From a virus (taxonomy: Duplodnaviria > Caudoviricetes), in IMG/VR virus record IMGVR_UViG_3300007276_000008, positions 1-52,228 of that record: a DNA stretch of 52,228 nucleotides. The stretch is one strand, 5' to 3'. The position numbers and the translations under genes are program-made. Shown here in pieces: positions 16,760 through 24,940 of this stretch (the stretch's first letter is position 1; every line of letters begins with the position of its first letter). The notes under the pieces are model-generated. The model did no database searches, was not told the origin of the DNA, and saw only the letters and a list, made by a program, of their open reading frames with translations.

Positions 16760-17569
16760 ATGAGTAATTTAAGCACAGACGTCGTTGACGTCAAAAAGCC
16801 CGCAATGTCTATTTTTAACGACATGGAGTCGTTTGCAAACGGACAGCGCATGGCGCAGGTATTGACGCAAAGCAATATCGTACCACAGGGCTATCAAAAC
16901 AACTTACCAAATGTAATGGTAGCGTTGGAATTAGCAAACCGGGTTGGCGTCAGTCCAATTATGGTAATGCAAAATTTAGATATTATTAAAGGAAAGCCAA
17001 GTTGGTCAAGTACTTTTATAATTGCAGTTTTAAACAGTTGCGGTCGTTTTTCACAATTACGTTTTAAATTTGAAGGCACAAAAGGCACACCAGAATACGG
17101 TTGTATTGCATGGGCTACGGATTTAAAAACAGGTGAAACACTTGAAAGTCCAATAGTTGATTGGAAAATGGTACACGCTGAAGGGTGGGTAAACAAAACA
17201 GGAAGCAAGTGGAAAACCATGCCTGATTTAATGTTTCATTACCGTGCCGCAAGTTTCTTTGGTCGCATTTATGCATCAGATATATTAAAAGGAATGCAAA
17301 GCGCTGACGAGGTGTTAGACGTTGCCAATACAGCAATTGAAGTTGAAGTAACTGACGAGGAGTTGGAGCGTATAAAAACATTTATTGCAAAAGCTGAAAC
17401 AGTTAAAAAGCTAGACCAAATAAAGTCACAAATTGGTAATTCCAAATACGAGGAGCTCCTGGATTATTTTGAGGAACGTGAAAAGGAAATCATATTTGAT
17501 GCTGAAGTAAACGAACCTATTATTGTTGAGGGGCAAAGTGAAACTATCCAATTCCCTAAAAACAATTAA
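16760..17569 (+). CDS. RecT/Bet-like single-strand annealing protein
   Basis: VPQGYQ..VMQNLDIIKGKPSWSS..SKWKTMPDLM..RAASFFGR; directly upstream of an exonuclease. Confidence 0.75.
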   Translation: MSNLSTDVVDVKKPAMSIFNDMESFANGQRMAQVLTQSNIVPQGYQNNLPNVMVALELANRVGVSPIMVMQNLDIIKGKPSWSSTFIIAVLNSCGRFSQLRFKFEGTKGTPEYGCIAWATDLKTGETLESPIVDWKMVHAEGWVNKTGSKWKTMPDLMFHYRAASFFGRIYASDILKGMQSADEVLDVANTAIEVEVTDEELERIKTFIAKAETVKKLDQIKSQIGNSKYEELLDYFEEREKEIIFDAEVNEPIIVEGQSETIQFPKNN

Positions 17570-17571
17570 TT

Positions 17572-18639
17572 ATGGCTAATATATTTGACGAATATAAATT
17601 TAGATGCAGTTCACTAGGTAAAATCATGCCTGGTGTACCAAAGCCCTTAACAGCAAACCAACAATCAACTTTTGATAAATTGCAGTTAATTAGAGATGGA
17701 GTAGGCGAACGCTTAACACCTAAGCAAATGGAATTAATGAATAAGCTAGGTGAGCAGTTTGCAAAGGACGAAAAACCCTTAACGGATAAGCAGGTTATTA
17801 CTTATAATGAATTAATGCTTAAGGCACAAACTCCGGTTAGTTTATCGGATTCACAAATTATTTTATATGGTGATTTATTAGCGCGTAAAACTGCAAAGCC
17901 AATATTGACTTCTGGAGTAAAAAAGTATTTAACCAAATTAGTTTGGGAACATTTAAGCAACCGTTCCACGTACTTACAAAACAAGTATTTAACTAAAGGT
18001 AATGTCGTAGAGGAAAAAAGTATGACAGCTTATGCAAACCAAAAGGATAGTTTAATACTTAAAAACCAGGATACAAAAGAAAACGATTATATTTCCGGTA
18101 CATGTGATATAGCACGTTATAAAATTAGGGATATAAAATCAAGCTGGAATTGGCAAACATTTCCACTGACCGAGGATACTATTCCAACAAGTGATTATGA
18201 ATGGCAATTAGACGGTTATATGTGGTTGTGGCAGTTGCAGCGTGGTGAATTAATTTACTGTTTAGTTGACACGCCTTTTGACTTAGTTGATGACGAGGTA
18301 CGCAAATTGGATTGGAAGTATAAAATAATGTCTATTGGAGGTGAGGTAAAGGAGGAGTGCATAGACCTTGTTGTAGAAGTAGTTAGTGGGCTCATTTACA
18401 CGTTTAAAGGACTGGAGGAGTATTGCGCACAAAGCACGCAAATAAATTTAGAATGGTTCGTAGGGCGTTTTAAAGAGGTGCCTGAAGAAATACGCGTAAA
18501 AGTGTTTCAGCACAATATGGAAGAGGAGCGTATTGACCAACTAAAAATAATGATTGAATTAGCGCGTGAATACATGAACAAAATTGTAGATGAAATTGGC
18601 GACAACGCCTTTATACTACATGAAGCAGTATTAAAATAA
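17572..18639 (+). CDS. YqaJ/lambda-Exo-like PD-(D/E)xK exonuclease
   Basis: RCSSLGKIM, KGNVVEE, GTCDI..DIKSSW and YEWQLDGYMWL motifs. Confidence 0.82.
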   Translation: MANIFDEYKFRCSSLGKIMPGVPKPLTANQQSTFDKLQLIRDGVGERLTPKQMELMNKLGEQFAKDEKPLTDKQVITYNELMLKAQTPVSLSDSQIILYGDLLARKTAKPILTSGVKKYLTKLVWEHLSNRSTYLQNKYLTKGNVVEEKSMTAYANQKDSLILKNQDTKENDYISGTCDIARYKIRDIKSSWNWQTFPLTEDTIPTSDYEWQLDGYMWLWQLQRGELIYCLVDTPFDLVDDEVRKLDWKYKIMSIGGEVKEECIDLVVEVVSGLIYTFKGLEEYCAQSTQINLEWFVGRFKEVPEEIRVKVFQHNMEEERIDQLKIMIELAREYMNKIVDEIGDNAFILHEAVLK

Positions 18640-18956
18640 TGGCACAAAAATACACCAAATTATATTACGCGGCTTTTGACATACCGTTGCACCAAGACAG
18701 TTTTGTACCAAGCGAACTGTCTGGCGCACGGGCTGTTGACATACACCATATTTGCACGCGTGAACACAGGATTGAAAACTTAATGGCATTAACGCGTCAG
18801 GAGCATATGGACGTGGGTGAGGTCAAGCGTGTTACATGGAAGCTATTGCGCACTCACAGGAGTTTTTTAATTGATAAGGGTGTACCTTTTGATGATGCTT
18901 GGTTTCAAGAAAAGTTAAATGAATATAATCCATTTGCAAAGCAAAATGAAATATAA
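18639..18956 (+). CDS. HNH-like endonuclease
   Basis: VDIHHI..IENLMALTRQEH. Confidence 0.7.
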   Translation: MAQKYTKLYYAAFDIPLHQDSFVPSELSGARAVDIHHICTREHRIENLMALTRQEHMDVGEVKRVTWKLLRTHRSFLIDKGVPFDDAWFQEKLNEYNPFAKQNEI

Positions 18957-19278
18957 AATTGACATAAAACCGTTCAGCATTAATGGCGCATATAGGGGCA
19001 AAATCACAAAAACATTTAAGCTCAAACAGTATGAACGCGATTTAGCTTTTTTGCTACCAAGTAAAAAAATAGACTTTAAAGGCGAGGAGTTAATGTTGGA
19101 AATTATTTTAGGCTTTAGCAGCAAGGGAAGTGATATTGACAACCCTCAAAAACCAATAATGGATGCCTTAGCAAAAAAATACAATTACAATGACAACCAA
19201 ATATATAGGTTAGTCCTTACAAAACTAATTGTACCTAAGGGTCAGGAATACTTTGAATTTAATTTAACAATAATATGA
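18946..19278 (+). CDS. rusA: RusA-like Holliday junction resolvase (track start 18919)
   Basis: PFSIN, DIDNPQKPIMDAL and NDNQI motifs. Confidence 0.8.
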   Translation: MKYKIDIKPFSINGAYRGKITKTFKLKQYERDLAFLLPSKKIDFKGEELMLEIILGFSSKGSDIDNPQKPIMDALAKKYNYNDNQIYRLVLTKLIVPKGQEYFEFNLTII

Positions 19279-19321
19279 TATTTAAAAAGCCAAACTTCAG
19301 GCATGATGTTATTATTACACC

Positions 19322-19352
19322 GCAGTAGGTTAGGCTTCCTGCTGCTTTTTTT
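19322..19352 (+). terminator. Intrinsic terminator
   Basis: GCAGTAGG-N8-CCTGCTGC followed by T7. Confidence 0.7.
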
Positions 19353-19372
19353 AACCAAAAAAAATATAAAAT

Positions 19373-19930
19373 ATGGATAATAAATTAGTTAACACCGACT
19401 TAAATTTACGGAGGATATTTAATGTAGTAGAATTCGTAAGTAACATTGATATAGGCGAAAAAACGAGGAAGCGCGTTACAGTGTATAACAAATGGATATT
19501 TTACAAATTAGCAAAAAAATACACGGATTTTAGTTTAGTAACAATTGGCGGGTTTTGTCAAGTTGACCATGTTTCAGTGCTGCATGGATTAAAGGAGTTT
19601 GAAAACGAGCATATTTATAAGCACTTAAAAGACAACTACCTTAAATGCGTTACGATAATTGAAATGATAAGCGATAGGAACTTCGTTTATCCCGCTGAAG
19701 CTATTGTTTTTAACCGTCGTAGGCCAACTATTGCAAAAATAATAACGGACGTGGAGACCGTGCTAAATGAATACGAGGCTGAAATGGCATTTTATAAGCA
19801 TAACTTTTATGAGGATTATCCAAATTTATATAGGCTAATGACTGAGGCTAAGCCTGAGAAATTAAAGGAGTTTGATAATTTTAATGCAAGACATTTTTTA
19901 AAAACAATTATAACACCTAACAAGGAATGA
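19373..19930 (+). CDS. DnaA domain IV-like HTH protein
   Basis: SLVTIGGFCQVDHVSVLHGLK resembles the DnaA C-terminal SLxxIG..DHxTV motif. Confidence 0.65.
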   Translation: MDNKLVNTDLNLRRIFNVVEFVSNIDIGEKTRKRVTVYNKWIFYKLAKKYTDFSLVTIGGFCQVDHVSVLHGLKEFENEHIYKHLKDNYLKCVTIIEMISDRNFVYPAEAIVFNRRRPTIAKIITDVETVLNEYEAEMAFYKHNFYEDYPNLYRLMTEAKPEKLKEFDNFNARHFLKTIITPNKE

Positions 19931-20685
19931 ATAATACGTGGGTAAAACTACATAGGAGTATGATTAATTGGGAGTGGTTTGATGAGGATAACTGTTTGCG
20001 GCTTTTAATTTATTTAATTATTTCCGTAAATTATGAAGATAAAAAGTGGCGAGGTAATGTTATAAAAAAGGGTCAAATAGCATGCAGTTTGGCAAAGCTA
20101 TCCGAGTCAAATAACATGTCGGTACAAACTTTGCGAACAACGCTGAATAGGCTAGAGGATTCGGGAGAGGTAACACTGCAATCAACAAGCAAATTTACTA
20201 TCATAACCCTAGTTAAATGGGACAAAATGCAACAAACCCAACAAGCAACTAACAAACAACTAACAAACAACCAACAAACAACTAACAAACAATCAACAAA
20301 GACTAAAGAAGTAAAGAAAGAAAGAAATAAAGAAAATAAAAAAAATATAACAAAAAAAAGTTTGTTTAATTTCCGGAAAAGTTTAATCCAACTTGGTGTT
20401 GAGGAAATTGTCGCAGCTGATTACATGCTGGTCAGAAAAAACAAAAAAGCAACCAACAGTGAAACGGCGTTTAATGCGCTAAAAAAGCAAATGGAATTAT
20501 CAAACCTATCCAACAATGAAATTATAAAAATTTGCGCTGAAAACAGTTGGTCTGGGTTTAAAAGCCAATGGCTTAAAAATTTAAACAGCAAAAATAACAA
20601 CCAGGAAATCCCTATAAACCAGCGCTACGGCAAGGACAGCAACTATGACAAACTGTCTGAGCAGCTTAAAAAACTGAATAATTAA
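19927..20685 (+). CDS. Replication initiator (lambda O/DnaD-like organisation)
   Basis: WVKLHR N-terminus, wHTH, low-complexity linker with DNA repeats; upstream of a DnaC-like ATPase. Confidence 0.75.
   Translation: MNNTWVKLHRSMINWEWFDEDNCLRLLIYLIISVNYEDKKWRGNVIKKGQIACSLAKLSESNNMSVQTLRTTLNRLEDSGEVTLQSTSKFTIITLVKWDKMQQTQQATNKQLTNNQQTTNKQSTKTKEVKKERNKENKKNITKKSLFNFRKSLIQLGVEEIVAADYMLVRKNKKATNSETAFNALKKQMELSNLSNNEIIKICAENSWSGFKSQWLKNLNSKNNNQEIPINQRYGKDSNYDKLSEQLKKLNN
20246..20300 (+). repeat. Five tandem 11-bp repeats; putative iterons/origin
   Basis: CAACTAACAAA three times plus CAACCAACAAA and CAATCAACAAA; followed by an A-rich tract. Confidence 0.65.
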
Positions 20686-20702
20686 TTTAAAAAACCAAAA
20701 AC

Positions 20703-20891
20703 ATGGAAAGAGGTAAAGGTGAAACATTTGCGCAATATAAAGCACGCAGAAAGCTGCAACAAGGTAATATTAAGCGTCATAGACGCGGCAAATGGTTTTT
20801 CATAAGTAAGACGTTAAAAGGAAGTCAAACGTTCACGAGAGAGGGTCTAATGAAGTCAAAGGAGGCTGAAAAAGCACAAAGCAATGGATAA
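20703..20891 (+). CDS. Small basic hypothetical protein
   Basis: K/R-rich ORF overlapping the next start. Confidence 0.6.
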   Translation: MERGKGETFAQYKARRKLQQGNIKRHRRGKWFFISKTLKGSQTFTREGLMKSKEAEKAQSNG

Positions 20892-21516
20892 AATAAATTT
20901 AGACAGCATTTTAAATAGCAAGGAATATCCTAAAAGCCGCGTGCCTATTGAATATGTCACAAAAAGAATGAAGGAATTAGGTTATGTTTTTAGTAAGGAA
21001 AATAAAGATATTGCGCTTTTGGTAGTTTGGTATTTTTTGCGTGACCCACTTTTTTTAGAAAGCAAATTAGTAAAAAACGGAAACTCCTTTGGTAAGGGAT
21101 TAATAATTTACGGCACGTATGGAATAGGTAAAAGCATGCTATTTGAAACGCTTCATAAAATAGGCAAGGAATTAATTTTAGAAAGAGGAATATCCGACTT
21201 ATGGTTTGTAACATGTTCAGCCGCTGCTTATGTGGAGGATTATATGCAGCATGACGGTACGCGCTTAGGCATTAAGGAAATGTATAAAGGCAAACTATAT
21301 ATAGACGATTTAGGCTTTGAAAAAAAAGTATACAATAAAACGGAATTACTTTCGGATATACTGTTTGAACGCAACCGCGCAAAAACTATGACGTTTGTCA
21401 CTACCAACTTAACACCACACGAGGTGTTTGAACGCTATGGGCAAAGGATAGCGGATAGGATACCTGAAATGTTTAATGTTATACAGTGGGAGGGTGAAAG
21501 TTTACGTAAATTTTAA
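20884..21516 (+). CDS. DnaC/IstB-like AAA+ helicase loader
   Basis: Walker A GTYGIGKS, Walker B YIDDLG, TTNL and RYGQRIADR motifs. Confidence 0.85.
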   Translation: MDKINLDSILNSKEYPKSRVPIEYVTKRMKELGYVFSKENKDIALLVVWYFLRDPLFLESKLVKNGNSFGKGLIIYGTYGIGKSMLFETLHKIGKELILERGISDLWFVTCSAAAYVEDYMQHDGTRLGIKEMYKGKLYIDDLGFEKKVYNKTELLSDILFERNRAKTMTFVTTNLTPHEVFERYGQRIADRIPEMFNVIQWEGESLRKF

Positions 21517-21533
21517 AAAAAAACATTTTATTA

Positions 21534-21565
21534 TTTGGTAGTATTAAAATAAAGTATATCTTTAC
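21534..21565 (+). promoter_or_regulatory. Repeated cassette promoter
   Basis: TTTGGTAGTATTAAAATAA..TATCTTTAC. Confidence 0.75.
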
Positions 21566-21594
21566 AGAGTAATAATAATTTAAAATCAAACATC

Positions 21595-21723
21595 ATGAAC
21601 AATCAAAAATTAATTCAAGTTTTACAAAATCATTATGATAATGGTAAAATCAGTAGCAACCAATTTATTCAAGCGATTAAAGATTTAAACAGCGACTCAG
21701 TTATTCAAGCGATTAAAAATTAA
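21595..21723 (+). CDS. Hypothetical protein, 42 aa (not in ORF track)
   Basis: AAACATCATG start; internal duplication TTATTCAAGCGATTAAA. Confidence 0.55.
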   Translation: MNNQKLIQVLQNHYDNGKISSNQFIQAIKDLNSDSVIQAIKN

Positions 21724-21728
21724 ACATC

Positions 21729-22193
21729 ATGAAACAAACAAAAAAACAAGCAGCGGCTGAACGGGTTAGAAACCTTATCGCTCAAATGGAACAAAACACA
21801 TTTCTATTTCCTAAAGGGTGGTCCGACACTATACAAATGACGCATTTTGAATGGGCTTACCGAGCGTATCATGCAGGGCATGTCGGAGATGCGCGCTACC
21901 ACAATGTAGAAATTTTTCTTTTAGGTAAAAAGATAATGGAAATTGCTTTTCGAGGTAATAAAATAGAGGTGCAGCAAGATTTATCACAAAAAGCTGTTAC
22001 CATTGATGAAGTAGAATATTATATTACGGAAATTTACAATGAAATGCACACCTTTAAAAACCATGCTTCTGGAGTTCGTGAAATAAGAAAAAAACTTGTT
22101 GACAAGCTGCAAAGTATTAAGCAGTTAAATAACGAGGTGCAGGATTTGAAACAGCAAATTTGTCATTCAAAACAACATAAACATCATGGATAA
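21729..22193 (+). CDS. Hypothetical protein
   Basis: AAACATCATG start; C-terminal coiled coil. Confidence 0.7.
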   Translation: MKQTKKQAAAERVRNLIAQMEQNTFLFPKGWSDTIQMTHFEWAYRAYHAGHVGDARYHNVEIFLLGKKIMEIAFRGNKIEVQQDLSQKAVTIDEVEYYITEIYNEMHTFKNHASGVREIRKKLVDKLQSIKQLNNEVQDLKQQICHSKQHKHHG

Positions 22194-22203
22194 AAACAAA
22201 GCA

Positions 22204-22263
22204 GAGGAGTATGGTAAGCGTGTGGTCGTATCGCGTTGTAAGGTTCGAGTCCTTGCCTCCTCC
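22204..22263 (+). ncRNA. tRNA-like element (T-arm plus acceptor-like stem, no proper D-arm)
   Basis: AAGG-TTCGAGT-CCTT T-arm and GAGGAG/CTCCTC closing stem. Confidence 0.4.
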
Positions 22264-22284
22264 CTAATATTAAATTGATAAAAA

Positions 22285-22512
22285 ATGAGTAGAAACAAAT
22301 ACAAAACGCATGCCAAAAAAACGGAGAAGCAAGGCGATGATAGTTTTGCAGCCAAAGCAGCATTTTTCTCCTTAGTAGGTTTAGTCTTAATAATTGTATT
22401 TTTAAAATTCAGAGAAATGAGCCCCGAACACCAACTTACAGCAACCGTTATCATTATCGCATGCAGTTTGGCTGCATTTATATATATTAAACTTAAAAAC
22501 CCTTTAGAATGA
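22285..22512 (+). CDS. Small two-TM membrane protein
   Basis: Two hydrophobic segments. Confidence 0.6.
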   Translation: MSRNKYKTHAKKTEKQGDDSFAAKAAFFSLVGLVLIIVFLKFREMSPEHQLTATVIIIACSLAAFIYIKLKNPLE

Positions 22513-22652
22513 AGAAACCAATTAAAAAGCATTAACAGCAAAAACAGAGGCATGATAACAGTAATTGACAGCGACACGCAATTAACAATTGGCCTAGTAG
22601 TTTGCATGCTGGTAATATTAGTAGGCTATTATATTAAAAGCATATTAAAAAA

Positions 22653-22841
22653 ATGAGAATGCAAATAACAACCAAGGAAGTCCATAAGAATGGGCGTGTG
22701 GACGTAATCACACCAGAACAGGAAATTGACTGTTGGACAGTAGGACACGCAACTGAAGTAATATTCCAACTATTGGATACTATCGCAGTACTAAAAAAAT
22801 TTATAGACGACAAGGAAGCGCTAAAAACAAAAACAAAATGA
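22653..22841 (+). CDS. Hypothetical protein
   Basis: Coupled to the next ORF. Confidence 0.55.
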   Translation: MRMQITTKEVHKNGRVDVITPEQEIDCWTVGHATEVIFQLLDTIAVLKKFIDDKEALKTKTK

Positions 22842-23089
22842 AAAAAATATTTATATTATTATTACCTATTACATGTTTGTTAGGATGTGATACCGATGAT
22901 TCATATTCTACTAGATGCGAGGAGTTATTGAATCACTTCAGGATGGAAGTTCTTTACACGGAACTCACATATGACCAAGCTATAGATAGCGCTATAATTC
23001 GCGAGATATATGAAGATTATTATGACGCTGGTACAGACCATGGGTGCGTAGTTAGGGATAAGTATACTGAACTTAATTTTTTAAGATAA
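22838..23089 (+). CDS. Small lipoprotein
   Basis: MKKIFILLLPITCLLG-CDTDD lipobox followed by an acidic stretch. Confidence 0.65.
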   Translation: MKKIFILLLPITCLLGCDTDDSYSTRCEELLNHFRMEVLYTELTYDQAIDSAIIREIYEDYYDAGTDHGCVVRDKYTELNFLR

Positions 23090-23118
23090 TAAATGTATAA
23101 AAACTAAAACACAAAAAT

Positions 23119-23271
23119 ATGGCAATAAAAGTAAAGGCAGACGGAGAACCAAACGTTTGGATAATATTTGACGACAAGGATAATTGGTTAGCAAAGGTAC
23201 AGTTTAATGGTGAAGTAACAGTGCCAACGCAACAAGAGCTCTTAAATGTAGTTATACAGGCATTAATTTAA
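23119..23271 (+). CDS. Hypothetical protein, 50 aa (not in ORF track)
   Basis: MAIKVKADGEPNVW..; A-rich start. Confidence 0.55.
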   Translation: MAIKVKADGEPNVWIIFDDKDNWLAKVQFNGEVTVPTQQELLNVVIQALI

Positions 23272-23351
23272 AAAACACCAATCTAGTGCAAGGCAAGCAG
23301 CCTAAACCTGATAACAAATAAAGTATTATATTAAAAAGGAATTACGATACT

Positions 23352-23927
23352 ATGGAACTACTACCTAAAGAAATAGCAAAGGACTTTAAAAGCAAAAGAC
23401 AAATACTATTTATTCAAGAATACGTAAAAGACCGTAATGGTACACAGGCAGCAATAAGGGCAGGATATACTAAAAAAAATGCAAAAGTGTCAGCGTCACA
23501 ACTGCTAACGAAGCCTAACATACAAAAGGGTATTAACTACCTTTATGAGCAAATTAGGATTAGAAATGAGGTGGGAATTGATGAAGTCATAGCTGTCTTA
23601 GCGTCACAATTACGGTTTGATATTGCGGAGTTGTTTGATGAGAATGACAATTTAAAAAGCGTTCATGACATACCTTTGCACATGCGTAATAGTATAGAAG
23701 AGATAACGGTAAACGAGATATGGGAACATGACAGGGACGGCAATAGGATACAAACGGGCGTCACTAAAAAGATTAAAACAGCAAGCAGGCAAGGTGCTGC
23801 TAAAATGTTATTGCAGCACTTAGGCGCGTTCGCAAAGCATAACAAGCAAAAGCGTACTCAGGTAGCAGTTTTTAACATGCCTGACAATAATAGGGTAATA
23901 AATGTAAAAGAAAATGAAGAAAATTAA
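23352..23927 (+). CDS. terS: Terminase small subunit
   Basis: RQILFIQEYVKDRNGTQAAIRAGY..ASQLLTKPNI is the classic TerS HTH signature. Confidence 0.92.
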   Translation: MELLPKEIAKDFKSKRQILFIQEYVKDRNGTQAAIRAGYTKKNAKVSASQLLTKPNIQKGINYLYEQIRIRNEVGIDEVIAVLASQLRFDIAELFDENDNLKSVHDIPLHMRNSIEEITVNEIWEHDRDGNRIQTGVTKKIKTASRQGAAKMLLQHLGAFAKHNKQKRTQVAVFNMPDNNRVINVKENEEN

Positions 23928-24013
23928 AAAAAAATTATCCTAGTGTTTACGGAGCCTGAGTCAGCATTATACACGCGATAGACAAAAAAGATTTGAATTA
24001 TTTTTAGATAATG

Positions 24014-24046
24014 TTTGGCAGTTAGTAAGATAAGTTATATATTTAC
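24014..24046 (+). promoter_or_regulatory. Repeated promoter driving the non-coding unit
   Basis: TTTGGCAGTTAGTAAGATAAGTTATATATTTAC. Confidence 0.75.
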
Positions 24047-24102
24047 AGTGTTAAACAGTAATAAAAGTTCTTAAACATATTGAAACAACAAAGCAAGTAA
24101 AC

Positions 24103-24201
24103 TGGTAACGATTGGCGTCTGACCTCAACACTATCTTATAACTTGCTTTTTTAAATAACAGTTGAATTGGTAACGATGGGCGTCTGACCTCCACACTATC
24201 T
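24103..24201 (+). repeat. Two 34-nt direct repeats (24103-24136 and 24168-24201)
   Basis: TGGTAACGAT(T/G)GGCGTCTGACCTC(A/C)ACACTATCT; 32/34 identical. Confidence 0.9.
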
Positions 24202-24940
24202 CAGGAACTGTAAATTAAAAACCCTGGACAAACTTTGTATTTGGCAGTAACATTTAAAACAAACTTGGTGGAAACCTCTTCGGAGATAAAACAATTCCAA
24301 TGGAAACAACAAAATGTGAATAGCTGAATGTTTGGAAACAAATTTACGAAAGGAGCAAATTAGGAAAGTTGCAAGATGCAGCAAGTACGACGCTAGGGTT
24401 TTTTTTTTAAATATATAATTTTAGCAATAGTAAGTAAGTGGTTATTCGGAATAGCACCACGTAAAACTATACACCGAGGAAAAAAGTAGGCTATATTGCA
24501 AAATTACAATTTAAAAAGTGCGCTGAATTATTTGTTATTACAGTAAGGAAAGTAGGATAATTTTTTTAGGAAAATTTTAAGGTAGCGTTATTAGAGTTAC
24601 AACGTTAAAAGGTCGTTCCTTTTTAGGCTCATGCACCATTATAAGTCTTATAAGTACTGAATTATTAACTATACAGTAGGCGCGCTTTTTTACAAACTTA
24701 AAAAAGTGCAACGGAGTTGATGCGCTTTGGTTATAACTGCAATGTAAAGACATTATAAGTTTCAAGCTAATGGACAAACAGTCCTACACCTTAGGGTTTA
24801 TGTTAGTGTTCCTTATAAGCAGCCAAAGAGAAGTAAATGACTAATTACCATTTGCAGCATTTAAACAAGTACGAAGTCGGCCACTTCACGATTATAGCAC
24901 GGAAATATAGGCCAATGCATTCCCCAGATTAATAGCAGTT

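Noticed and set aside
22204-22263. Canonical tRNA gene
   Set aside because: Too short, with no D stem, no standard 7-nt anticodon loop and no CCA; kept only as a tRNA-like element.
24103-24201. Minimal CRISPR array (34-nt repeat, 31-nt spacer, repeat)
   Set aside because: Only two units, no cas gene, and the apparent spacer consists of the stem arms that pair with sequence outside the repeats; better explained as two structured RNA motifs.
24196-24777. Minus-strand ORFs 24196-24384 and 24577-24777 as the purpose of the 24 kb region
   Set aside because: Short and without motifs; the promoter, tetraloops and terminator all point to a + strand RNA.
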